This document shows, piece after piece, positions 1-12,928 of a DNA stretch of 64,000 bases. The DNA comes from Auanema rhodensis (lineage: Eukaryota; Animalia; Nematoda). The DNA is taken from contig OZ059897.1 of NCBI GenBank assembly GCA_964057225.1, positions 5,580,001 to 5,644,000 of the forward strand. Direction: 5' to 3'. The notes below the pieces were generated by a model. The model was not told where the DNA came from. It saw only the letters and a list, made by a program, of their open reading frames with translations, and did not search any database. Numbering within the stretch: position 1 is the first letter of the stretch; the number at the start of each line of letters is the position of its first letter. The position numbers were made by a program, and so were the translations under genes.

Positions 1-2048
1 AAATCGTTAACTATACTATATATGAAGATACATACATCCAAACATCCATACATCCAGAGATATATCTGTATATGCTAACATCTATTGATATATCTATGTT
101 TCTCTTTCTGTTATAGCTGGTAGAAAATAAAATATTTTAAATTATGACAATAACATTGTTATAATTGATGTCAATTATCATAGAAACACATTCAATATGT
201 GAACTTTTAGTTGAAAAGTTTTGAAAAAATATTATTATTAGGCTGAGTTATAGAAGTTTTTTTTATTTTAAAAATTAAACAATATGTTATAAAATTATTA
301 TTTATGATATTTTACATTTGATAATAAGTATGTATACAATTAATAGAGGGAAGAGAGGGAGAAATAGAGAGAGAGAGAGAGAAAGAGGTAAAAGAGGGAA
401 AGAAGAAGGACATACAGTCAAAATCCCGATAAAAATTATTGTTCTGTTTGTTATTCTTGTCGATTAGTTGGCAATTGCCTTCACGTTACCATCATTCATC
501 ATGTTGAATACGGTTGTGAAACACAGAAAAAGAGGAAAATCATTGATATATCCTCGAATATTATCTATATTTGATCATTCTCCCGTATATTATTTCAATC
601 GAAAAAAATAGAAAAAAGCCAAATATCATGTGTTACATGTTGAAACATCATTCTATTTTTCATTTCAAATTCTTTATTTTCTTTACAGTATATCGACATT
701 TATTTCTTTTTTTTCTTTGAGTTTTTGAAATTTGAACTGTCACGTAATTTAAATTACAATATAAGCTTCTCATTTGATCTATCTATTCTGATAAAAAATT
801 TGTTGAACCGTTATAAGAACGTTATGTAAAGCATTATCATATCAAAGTTCATTGAGTAATTCCTTGTAAATTCTTCTTGTAAATATCAAAAGTTTTCATG
901 ATAATGCCGCTATATATTTACATATGTGTTTCGAGCCTTTACTCTCTCTTTCTCTCTCTCTATCTTTTCCTCTATTTCTCTCTTTTCTTTATTTTTCTCC
1001 TCATCTCATTGTACCTGACCGGTAAGTTTAAGAGACACAACGATGCTTCGGTATTATAAGATTAAACTTTGTTAGATCAATGTTATAATTAATTCGAAAC
1101 ATTACAAATATACAAAGTATGATTATTCAGCCATTTTCATTTTTATTTTTAATCAAATATATCTGAAAAGTTTGACAAAATAATTATGTGATTAAAGTTC
1201 ACAGAGTTTAAAATATCAAAAATTAACAAGAAAAAAGCTTTTTCCTTTTCATATCTTGGTACACATGTCCTCAGCTTTCATATTAATAGGTACTAAAATC
1301 GAAAAAAAAAGACTTGAATAGCTTTGTATGTGAATGAAGGAGAGGAAAATATTTATTTTTCTCAATTTTACTTTTATATTGAGATGAAAGTTAAGAAAGT
1401 TTATTGAGAAAAAAAATCTTTAATTGGTAATAATAAAACATTTTTTATATGAAAATGATGTTGACATTTTCTATAAATAGATTTCAATTTTTCTATTAAT
1501 ATCAAGTAATAAAATATTTTTTTTTATTTATTTAAAGTTATAAAAATATGTTTAAGCTTCTTTGAATATTTCTTTAATTTTTTTTTCAAAAAAAAAAAAA
1601 AATATTCGTTTAATTGTTATGAGAAGATTTTCCTTCCTTTCGATGTAACGAAACATCACCTGATTTTCTTTGAAAGAGAGAATAAAACTGAACAACTAAG
1701 TGAGGTTAAAAAGGAAAGAAAAGAAGATAGAGAGAGACTGAGAGAGACTGAGAGAGATACAAAGAGAGAGAGAAATTTTTCTTTTCTCTTCATATAGCCA
1801 TTATGTAAAATTATCTATCCTCTTCTTCTTTCAATGATTGATATATGATGTATGTACATTTCACATTTGTATTCATTATGTCAAACTGTAAATGATTTGA
1901 TTGTGTCTAATTGACCATATCACTCCTGACTGATTCTATTTGTATTTTTAAAGAAAAGTTCACCGAAAAGAAGATAATAAAATTGGATGTTACATATCTT
2001 TTAGTAGAGAACATAATGATGTGTTTTAACCCTGACAGAAACATCTTT

Positions 2049-2062
2049 TCTCTCTCTTTCTG

Positions 2063-2123
<61 letters not shown>
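2049..2123. repeat. (CT)n microsatellite
   Basis: About 75 bp of CT repeat with occasional GT/TT interruptions. Confidence 0.95.
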
Positions 2124-2125
<2 letters not shown>

Positions 2126-3012
2126 GCCATCCTTTCATTTGGTTTTGTTTCCAACCGTTAATCTAACTAACTTTAAACGGAAACAATGATAACACAAAAA
2201 CATTGTGATATCATCATGACTTGCTGAGACACGAAATTTCGTAGATAAACTCGGTCACTTTTTTTTTGGCGTAATGTGCCTGTAATCAAGAAGACCGAAA
2301 AACAATTACTATTTATAGATAATATAATTATTGTTGTTTATTGTGAATTTTAAGCTTTTAAAAAGTATATTATCATTACATATAGTAATGAACTTTTTCA
2401 TCTTTACATATAACATAATAAATAAAAAAAAAACAAAAAAAACAAACAAAAAGCATATGAGAAAGGAAAGAAAGGTTGAATTGAAGTTGAATTAAAGATG
2501 TTAAAGCTTTAACTTCATGGTATAGATCATTCAGATCTATTCATATCTATCTATCTATCGAGATATTTTCTATCTAAGAAATTATTTTTCTATGATATTG
2601 TATATCATCATTACTTATGACATATAGTAATTGATATATCAATACTAGGATGTAAGTCTGAAACATCACGGTTGTAATTTTTCTTTTTTATCTTCATATC
2701 AATTTCGGTTTTTCTTTTTTCTCTGGCTTCCAATAGTCTAATGACGTATTAGGAATCGTTCTTAAAGACCATCGTCTATGATTAATAGAAGAGAGAGAAA
2801 CCCATGAACTTTTCAAGAAGAAGAATATGAAAATCTGTTATCAAAAGGAAGAAGGCAATAAACTTTTTTATGGATAAAAAACATCTGAAAATACAAAAAT
2901 AAAATATTTTTTGATTATTCATATCTTCATTCTCATTATTTTCATTATTATCTTTATATAATATTCTTCTTTTTTCAACTTACTATTCCTTATACCCCCC
3001 GAATCCCTAATT

Positions 3013-3027
3013 CTCTCTCTCTCTCTC

Positions 3028-3119
<92 letters not shown>

Positions 3120-3120
3120 C
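3013..3120. repeat. (CT)n microsatellite with recurring CCCT interruptions
   Basis: About 108 bp of CT runs broken by CCCT roughly every 26-30 bp. Confidence 0.95.
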
Positions 3121-6100
3121 CCCTTTCTCAACTTCTGGAACACATTCATGCATACTGTCTGCATATTTTTATTTTTCTTTATTAAAACCTCACACATCTT
3201 ATAGATGTATCAAACTACAAGATCAATCCGTGAACAACTATTAACTAAGTAATAATCTATAGCAGTTTGATCTCATCTCATCGATCACCCATTTCGGAAA
3301 ATTTAAATTAAATTCAGGTTCTTTGAAATAACAATTAATTTCGAATAGCCTATAAAAGAAATTTCAACTAATTTTGAAATCAAAATCAGATGGTTTCATC
3401 TGATTCCATAGCTCGTTCTCCTATCATGGAATTTAGATGACGAGGCAAAAAAACCTATTTTGAACCTGAATTACTCGTGTTGTTCAGATTCATGCCATCT
3501 ACGAACTTTGGAAGATTAATCCCTCTAACTACCAGAATATACAAATATAATACGGTTTACCTTATTTGGTATAGTTTATACCCCCACCCCATATGTCCCC
3601 CTTTTCCCTCTCTTTTTCTCTTTCTTCACATTTCACACCCTTCGTACTTGTTTTCCACTAGGTAATAAACACATTTTTCTAGTTTTTTTCACTGATTTAT
3701 ATCTCAACTGTATATTTTCAATTTTAAATTAAATTTTATTTGAATAAATAAATATTTTATATAAATTATAATTTTAAATAAATGTTATTTTTAAAAATTT
3801 AAATATACTTACTTAAATGCTTTTCAATGTAACTTGTAACTACGGTAGAATTTTCAAACTTGATAGCTCTCCTGTTAATTTTCATTTTGCTTTTCTAATT
3901 TCTTTGAAATTGAACAACGACTATATTGATATATAAGATTAGTTTGAAGTATTATTATAATAAGTTCAAGTGTTCAAGAATATTTCTTTTCCTTGAATTC
4001 AACTTCGAACTCTTATCTTTCAACTTTACATATTTTTTTGAGAAAATAACTGGATGGATCAAAGCATATGTCAATATAATTCCGAATTTTCATCAAATTT
4101 CGAAGCATTTTCGTGTATTCGTTACGTATCAAGCAAATAATTCAAAAAGAATTAACAATGAGAGAAAACCTTCTTTTTTTTGTCTTTTTCCTTGACAAAT
4201 ACAAATTTCAGTCGGTCATTATTATCAGCCTAACCCCCTCTCGTTCTCCATTACAATCCCCCCCCTTACACCCCCAATTTAAATGCCATCTGAACTCAGA
4301 TGACAAGAAATCAGTTTGATTGTTTGAATTCTCTTTCTGTCAATTTGCTGAAAAAGGATTTTACAAATAGACAGTAAACCTACAGTATACTTTCCAACTT
4401 ATCGTTTGAAGACATAGAAAAGACATGTCTCTTAGAAAACATCTTTCATCAGTCATCTTACTTTCAAGCTGAAATGACATACACTCTTTCATTTCAAATC
4501 TGACGACGAGAAGGACAAAAAATGAAAAAAAAACAAATTTTGTTGCAGAGAAAACATCATGAAAGGTCTATTCAGTTGTTAAATTATTTTCTCTTTATTC
4601 TAACACCCCCTCTGCTTACTGTTTCTCTCATGATCTATTAAATGATTTAACTCTCCCTTTACCCCCTCCCCCCTAAATTCAATATTCAAAATACAAAAAT
4701 TTCAATTATGCTGACAAGAAGAATAACTTTAGAAGTTTAGTACATGTAAGATCATACATCTCTTTTTGAGATGAATAGAGCTTTTGAGAACATTTAAAAA
4801 TTTGAAAATGATCTCTGATTAACAACACTAAAAATTTCCATAAAATAAACTGTGAAATAGGATTATGAATGTTCAAACATTCAAATGAACAACGTTTTTG
4901 AAAAAAAGTTTGTTGAAAGTGCCTTTTAATATAGAATGTGTTATTCAAATTACACTATCTTGGGAAAACAAAATAATAAATGTGCATCAAGTTTTTCAAT
5001 TTGATCACCACAAGCTTTATTGAAAATATTCTTTTCAAAACAAGAAAAACGGAGGAAAAAAAGAAAAGAGAGTGATATGTTAAATACTGTAGAAAGAAGA
5101 CGTAGATTAAGGTAAAAATAAATTGTTATGAGGGGGATAAAGGTTGAAACTTGTATGATAACGTTGAAACAAGTTCACAGAAACATAAAAAAGGTGGAAG
5201 AGCTTTATCTGATATCTTCCAATTCAGTAAAAGTCTCTTCTTCTGTGGACTATGCCTGTTAGTCTCAATATGGAGAAACATCCGAAATGAATTTTCAAAA
5301 GTTTTCTTAACGAAATGATTAATGAATGAAATATGTCTAAGATTATATTTCATATGAAAGGACATTTTTCACAATCTTCATCCATAAGTCTATGATCTAC
5401 GGTGTCTGTATATGACAGAACGTGATGTTTCTTATGAAGAAGAAGACGAAAAGATATCAAAAATAGAAGACATGTAGATACAAAAGAAGAGAGAAAGAGA
5501 GAAAGAAAGAAAAAAGGAATATGCTACCGTATTGATGATGCTCGTCGTCGTTGTTTTCTCATGTATTGGAACCTTAGATGTCGTTCTTCTTTATTCTTTT
5601 CATTTAATGTCATATCATTTTTATTATTTCATAACAGATATATTATTCTTTTTCTTCTTTTCTCATGCACCTACAGTTTGATTTCAACTGTCTCTGTCTG
5701 TCTGTCTGTCAATGTATTATGCTGAGACGAGAAAAAATGTTTGAAACGGAAGTTCTCATATATGTAATGAGAGAATAGAGAGCATATAAGTATATGGTAT
5801 ATACGTATATATCGTGTTAGTTATCTATCCTTCTTATCCAATACAGATTAATATATATAGTTTATTTGTAGAAATAATAGTAAATGATATGTATTTGTAT
5901 ATTATACATGTAATATGTGTGTATGAATTAGAGAATTTACGCCAGGTTAGAAGGATTTTGAGATCAAAAATTTAAAAATTTCAATCAAAGAGAGATGAGA
6001 ACATATCAAATCTCATTGATTATATTGTATATTGTAATTATTAACTTATACCTAATCTGACTTTTATTTTAAAAAAAAAAGATTAAGGGTTAAACTCTCT

Positions 6101-9100
6101 ATTGTCTTCGATGCCAAAATCTGATCTGTATCTGGTATAGTATGCGAGTTTTACTCTCAAATTGTTTCACAACTGTATACAAACAATCAGGACATGTATT
6201 GAAGAGTGAATCTTCTTGGCAAGCAGATTCCGATATACGATAACTCATCATATCTATTTCGAAGTTTTTGCTTTGGATTTACTTGATCGGATAAGCGTAT
6301 ATGAGACGACTTGTGACTGAGAGGGAAGTAGTTGTTTCACATCATCTAACTCATTCTCACTTCATAACTATTAGAACATAAATAAATAAATATATATATA
6401 GTTATATAGTTATATATATATATATAGATAGATAGCTATATATATATTCATTTATAATTTATATATTAACTTGTTATATTATCAAAAGCATTTCATGAAT
6501 TCTTCTTTTCTAGATTGCTCAATCTAGTAAAGAAATCTGGAAACTTAAGCTTTACTTCTAGCTTTACATCATCAATCGTTCCTTTCATCTTATTATGCTT
6601 TTCTATTTGAATGAAATATGGAACGGGTTTCAGAGGTTGATGATGACGTTAATGAGAATAATGATGTAATACAATATAAAGCTGAAAGAATATTTTTCAA
6701 CTTTTTCCATTTCAAATCCATGATTCATAATTTCTTTTTTCGATTTCGTCGCATGTTTTCGAACTTCAATCGTTGATCCAAATGTAATATTTTTATTTTC
6801 AAATTGTTCTTAACTTTAAAACAATAATCATTTTCAGTACTTTTTTTAACCTTACAATGTTCTAATTAATAAAAAGAATTATTAAATTAACTCTTTGCTC
6901 TGAACAAAGATAGTCTCAAAGTCCTTTTTCATTATCTTTTCTAATTGACGTAATTTCTCTCTAGTGATCTTCGCAATATCATGTCTGAAACTTTCTAGGT
7001 CATTAGCTTTATCTTTGTTCTTTTATCTCTGTTTTTTTCTTCGCTTCCCCTCCTTTCTCTCTGTAAAAATCTTTAAATTCCCTCTCAAGTATTCCCTTTG
7101 TAATATCTTTTTTTTGGAATATTTGGGAAGGAATAAAGGCTCAAATAATTTTTCAAATATTGGAAGAAGTCCATTTTGAATATGAAATTTTTTTCAATTT
7201 TGTCAAAAAAAAAACGTTTTGTTTTTCAGTAATCAGCAACAAAATCTTGTTCCGTGATGTGCATTTTGCACGTTTTCTCATTTCAACCCTATCTATTCTC
7301 ATTATCATAAAAATATTTAATGTATATTAACATTTTTCGATATTTTTGAATATAATTTTAAAATAAAAATTTTGTTTAAAAATTCAAAAATAGAATTTAT
7401 TAAAAAAGAGAATTGAAAATTCAGATAAAATAATCCGGGTCGTGATGCTAGCCACCGTCCTCTCATGAATCACATCGGGTTTGAAGGAAAAAAAATGATA
7501 TTTTAGTATTGAAACTATATAAGGGGGTTGGATGAATTAGAAGAGAAAAGAGAGAAAATGAGCTAATCGGAATAGACTGTTCATCAGATCAGATCCATTT
7601 GACATAGTTTAGTATAGTTTGTTCAAAGTTATATGTTGGATATAGTTAGAAACCATGTTTTTATGACTTTTTGTTTCAAATAATTTCATTTTCAAATCAC
7701 CTATCTTGCTAACTGTCGAACGTTTTTTTTTATTTTTCAACATGTTGCTAAATTGGTTTGTTTCATGTTGTACATCAAGAAAATTTTAAATGATTTTTTG
7801 AAAAAGAAGTATTATACTTCTGACTTTCTGTTTTTTTTGTCTTTATAGTTTCGATTACTATTACATATAATATACATATAAAAGTTATTTGCTTCGAAGC
7901 CCCCATCCAACTATACTACACCCTTCTTCACCATCAGCCCCCCCCCCCTCTCCTCTATACTTGTCTCTCTCTCTCTTTCTCTCTCTCTCTCTTTATTATG
8001 CATAACCTCTAACCTTTTAAACTACAATCCAATATATTTTCATTCATCATATCCCGATAATTTCTTGAAATCAAGTTTTTTGATTAAAAGAATCAAAAAG
8101 GTAAAATCAATTATTTTAAAAATTGGACCTAGAACTCGTGAAAGTTCATTGCACTAGTTGTTCGTTAAAATAACAATTTGTAATCAAAAATGATTATTCA
8201 TCATCATTTTTATTATATTTCTCATTATATTAGGTCAATTGTATCTTGTTGATTACATAGTAATTTACCTGAATAATTGATAACTTAACAGTACTATAAC
8301 ACTAATCATTGATTAGATTCATTTTAATTTTCAAAATATTTGCAGAACGTTGTTGCATGCCTACCTCTCTTACATCCTTGTTTCGGTTCCTCCTTTACAA
8401 TTCTTATCAGCTCTTCTTCTTCATCTTCTTTTATGTCAAGTTTTTCATCATTTTTCCCAATTTTTTTTCTTTTCAATCTATAATATTGAAGTATTTTGGC
8501 AATATAATATAAATAAATAACTAAAATAGTACACACAGACACAGACATACACACATGCTTACACATATACCTATATATAGATAGATAAATGTATATATCG
8601 TTATTCACAAATACATTAAAACAAAAAAAACGAAAGAAAACTATTTAATATGTTTATTTTTTTCTCAAAAAAAAGCTTATCTTGTACATGTATTACATAT
8701 ATTGTTTAGAACGAGGTGTCAAATGTAAATACTTTGTTCAAGTCACTGTCTGAATCATATAATTCTTATATTTTAACTTTGAAAATATTATTATTTTAAT
8801 ATTTTAATTGTTTTTTATTCCGGTTATATTCGTTATAATTGATTTTTATGTCTAGAAATTTAAAGAATTTCAAAGCATTTCCTGTTGATCTTTGGGAAAT
8901 TCTAGGGAATTTCATAAAAATCAAAAGGATTTTCCTGCTTCTCATGATCTAATTCAAATCGGAAGCGCTAAATTATGGCAAATATTAAGAAGATAATCCT
9001 AGATATTTGCTTATCATAATGTCTAATTATCTATTCTCACTATCATCGTCATCCACGAAGTGATTGTGCCAGAAATTTGTATGAAATCTGGATTCAAATC

Positions 9101-9587
9101 ATACGACCGACGGTGTCCGATGACGGCGGCCCATAATACACTCATTCTGCTGATCCATTCTACTGTACCTTGCCTTCTTCATCAGATTATTCTAAAAGAA
9201 ATATGAGCTTGAAAACGTTTGATGTCGATGACAACGGTTGTTCTCATCGTCACCTCACGAACAATTGATCAATCAGCTGCCTGACAATGATAGTTGAGAT
9301 GCTACGGTACATGCTGCAGCTTACGCTATAGAATCTGCAGGCTCATCAGTCAACGTCCTTTCGATGATGATTTTTTCCATTTTTTTTTCTTCCTTCATAG
9401 GCTATCATCAGCATGTGAACAACGAACTCTAACCGAAGATTGCATGTCTCATCAACAGACTACCAAAGTTCCAGAAGAAATATCAATCGGTCTATCATAC
9501 ACCGTTATTGTTTTTCATTTACGAACTATTACAATATATTGTCTCTCATATACATAGTTGCCTTGTTACCGTATTTTTCAACTTCAA

Positions 9588-9588
<1 letters not shown>

Positions 9589-9636
<48 letters not shown>

Positions 9637-9654
9637 TCTCTCTCTCTCTCTCTC
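9589..9654. repeat. (CT)n microsatellite
   Basis: Imperfect CT run of about 65 bp. Confidence 0.9.
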
Positions 9655-10694
9655 CAACATTTTCTTTCTAAATGATTTTTTTATTCATTTGTGCATTTAG
9701 TATATATCAGTGTCGTCCTATTCATCAATTTCTTAATTGAAGCCAGCAACGTATTTTCTTTTTGTCTTCTCTAACTGACTGACTAACTGTATTCCGACTT
9801 TCCATCCGGTTAACCTCAATTTGCTTCCTTAATTACGTTTTTTTTCATAAACTTTGATGTGATAAGTTCATTAAGATTATTATCAAATATTAGAAATATT
9901 CTTCAATTTTCTTCTCTAAAAACGAAAAAAAGATATAAACTATGTTATATCAATATCAATTTTAAGCTTATTTCTCAAGATTTTAATAATAAATATCAAA
10001 GTTTAAAAGAAACAAAGTAATGATATATGTATATTCATACAGAGTATGCATAAAACCTAAAGGTTTATGATAATTTGAACTATAAACTGGATATTCTCTT
10101 AATATTTATGATTATGATGGTGGTCAGTTTTATCTATTTTCTCGAAACTATGTCTGTTTTCAATATTCTAAATCTAAAGATATGTATGTTCATGTATTAC
10201 GAGAGATAGAGGAAGAGAGAAAGCGGCAAATGTGGAAGGTTAGATCAGTTAAACCGGATTGATAACTGATAACTGTGAATATTACAAAACTAGTATGAAG
10301 AGATTTAACTCTGAAATAATTTAACAAAATTGGGAGAAGCTGTTAAGCTTCTATTGAAATTCTGCTTCTGAAAAATTAAAAATGATTTCGTTGCTCTTAT
10401 GAGAATCAGAGTTTAGATTGAAAAAAGTATTGTCTACTATCATTGAATGATTTTGTTGTTTTTTGATTACATAGTGAAGACTAGCCTTCTACTTAGTTCT
10501 AATACATCTTTCCACATGTTCTCCGATTTCTCATGCTTACAGGCTTTAAATCTATAAAGTAAATTGTTCTGTAATCAAAATAGTTTTCTGTATCTCTTCT
10601 ATCTCTTCTTAATGCTTTCTGTCTCTTTTTTCTGTATCATTTGAGAAGATTTGTTAATAGCTGTACAGAAGACTTACAACCAACGCTTTACCTA

Positions 10695-10834
10695 CCGCCC
10701 CTTCTGGCTTTCTCTGTACCTCACCAACTCCTATGCTATCTAGTCTTTTTCACTCTCGAAACTCCGCCCTTTTCTTTTGAAATTACTTTTCATGATTGTT
10801 CAGAGGAAGAGGAAAGGCTTAGAAGCCTCCGCCC
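10695..10834 (+). promoter_or_regulatory. Cluster of three GC-boxes (CCGCCC; two as CTCCGCCCTTTT), candidate distal promoter of the SLC17 gene
   Basis: CCGCCC at 10695, 10764 and 10829, same orientation, 65-69 bp apart, in a locally GC-rich patch about 2.1 kb upstream of the ATG. Confidence 0.4.
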
Positions 10835-12908
10835 TTTTTGTCCAACCCACCCGGCCTCCCCCTTACGACTAAACGGACAGTCTCATGTTCGCTTTCACTG
10901 TCCAACGGTACTGGGTCGACAGATTGTGATCTTCATCAGTCTAACTACTGATCAAAATTTTGCAGTTTAACAAATTTCTACTAACGCTTCATCTCATTTT
11001 CTCTCTGGCTCTGGTTCTCTTTTCCATTTTCCATACCTTCTCTTTGTTTTACATGAAATACAGAGAGAGAGAGAGAGAGAGAAGTTTCATATTTTTGTGT
11101 TATTCACATGTCTGCACACAACTTACATAACATGTTGAACTATAAGTATTAGGAGTCAGATGCTCAAGTTCTTCTCATACACCCATCATCCATTATAGAT
11201 TCTTCCAATACTTTATACAACATTCTGATACTTCTACTATCTAAATATGTCTTCATAGATTGTTCTTACTGTCTTTCTATATAAACTTGTACACCAAACA
11301 TGAACAATTTTGAGAAAAGCATCATCACATCCAACATCATTTTCCAAAGTTCACGAACGAAAAGCGGTTGCAATCATCATTCTCTCTTTTCTGTTTTCTA
11401 TAACACAAACATGCACACCTTTCTTGTCAACATTCATTCTCCTAATTGATATCACATGAAGAAGCACCATCTACCTTAACTGAGAAGAAGCACCAGTCAC
11501 AATTGCCGTTTGCAATTTCCAACAATGCAACTGCTCTACACTAACGTCATGATGGCACCATGTCTACAATATTTCAGGCATTTATCAAAATATCAGAAGA
11601 CCTTGCTAAATGACGTGGTCATACCATTTCCGAGATGAACACTTTCTAAGTGTTTCATCTTTTTTTAGATTTTGACGTGAACTTGATGTCTCTATTAATA
11701 GATCACGTACATTTTTCTCGTTTAGATATCTCTCATCATCGCTTCCTCTCTCTTTCTTACTCCCTTAACCCTTCCCCCCCCCTTCCCCTCTTTCTCTTTC
11801 TCTCTTTGATTGATATATTACTTTTAAAACTTATCATTAATAGTTTAATATACATTTAAAGAATCATATGACAATCATAGACACACGTATACACATATAT
11901 ATATATACTTATACTACTCTTCTTCCGGTGATTCTTCTTCTTCTTCTTTCATCTATTAAACTTCTATCTTTAAAGATAGTCTAATCTTTTCTTTTTTAAG
12001 AAAAAAAATCTTATGATACACACATTGATATGTATATAAACACACACATACACATACACAACAACTCATTCATTCTCATCATTTAACTATTGCCATTGGC
12101 AAGTATTCTATGAAAAACGACCATACATCACACTATCTCTTCTAATACAATATGTAATGTCTATATCATTGTTGCTGTTTTCGTGATTGTAGTTTCTATT
12201 TCTTTCATCGTCTATGCTTCATTTCTCTAATTACTCTTCTTATTTTTGTTCTATAACTTGTATATCTCTTCTCTTCCCATACTATTTCTTTTACTCTTTT
12301 TTCTTATAATCTCTAAGTCTCTCTCTTTACTCTGATATCTTGTAACTAAACCTCTCATACCATGATTTCTCAGAAAAAAACTTGATCATTGTCATTTAAT
12401 AACTTTATATTATTAAATAAAGTACAAGCTCTTTCTATAAACATACAATTGCATTAGTTAGTCTATTCCGGTCTCAGATTTTGCTATTCTTTCTCATACT
12501 TTTCTTGTAAATATCTGTAAAATCCTTTAACAATCCGTTAATTCTTTGTCTTCTCTTGATCAAAATGTTGTGATATGCACTATTCTCTCTCTCTCTTTCA
12601 CACCACCTCCCCTCCATTCTTTCTCTCTCTACATCTCAGCGTCTCTTACTTTCTTATATTAACACCTAGTTCTCCTCCCCTTATTCTTTATAAATGATCT
12701 TTGAATAGTACTAGAGAAGACTGACAAATTGCCAAACACGGTCCACACAATATTCTTCATTTCGGATTTACAACTTTCTGTTTTTCTTACATTCTCTCAT
12801 TATTTCCTCCTTCTTTCTCTATTTCTCGTTCTTTTCTATAAATAGTACTTTCTGCCTCTTATCTCTCATATTGATTATCTTTCATATGTTTTATCTTCAA
12901 TCCTTATA

Positions 12909-12914
12909 TTTCAG
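12909..12914 (+). promoter_or_regulatory. Candidate SL trans-splice acceptor (TTTCAG) 14 nt before the SLC17 ATG
   Basis: Consensus nematode acceptor just upstream of the start codon, preceded by a long pyrimidine-rich tract with no recognisable upstream coding exon. Confidence 0.6.
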
Positions 12915-12928
12915 TAATTCCTTTGAAA

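Noticed and set aside
1911-3197. ORFs 1911-2189 (+) and 2919-3197 (-) with SLSL/ERER repeats
   Set aside because: These are translations of (CT)n/(GA)n microsatellites with no splice or domain support.
8324-8608. Minus-strand ORF with a charged KEDEEEE segment
   Set aside because: No convincing flanking splice sites or partner exons; purine-rich low complexity explains it.
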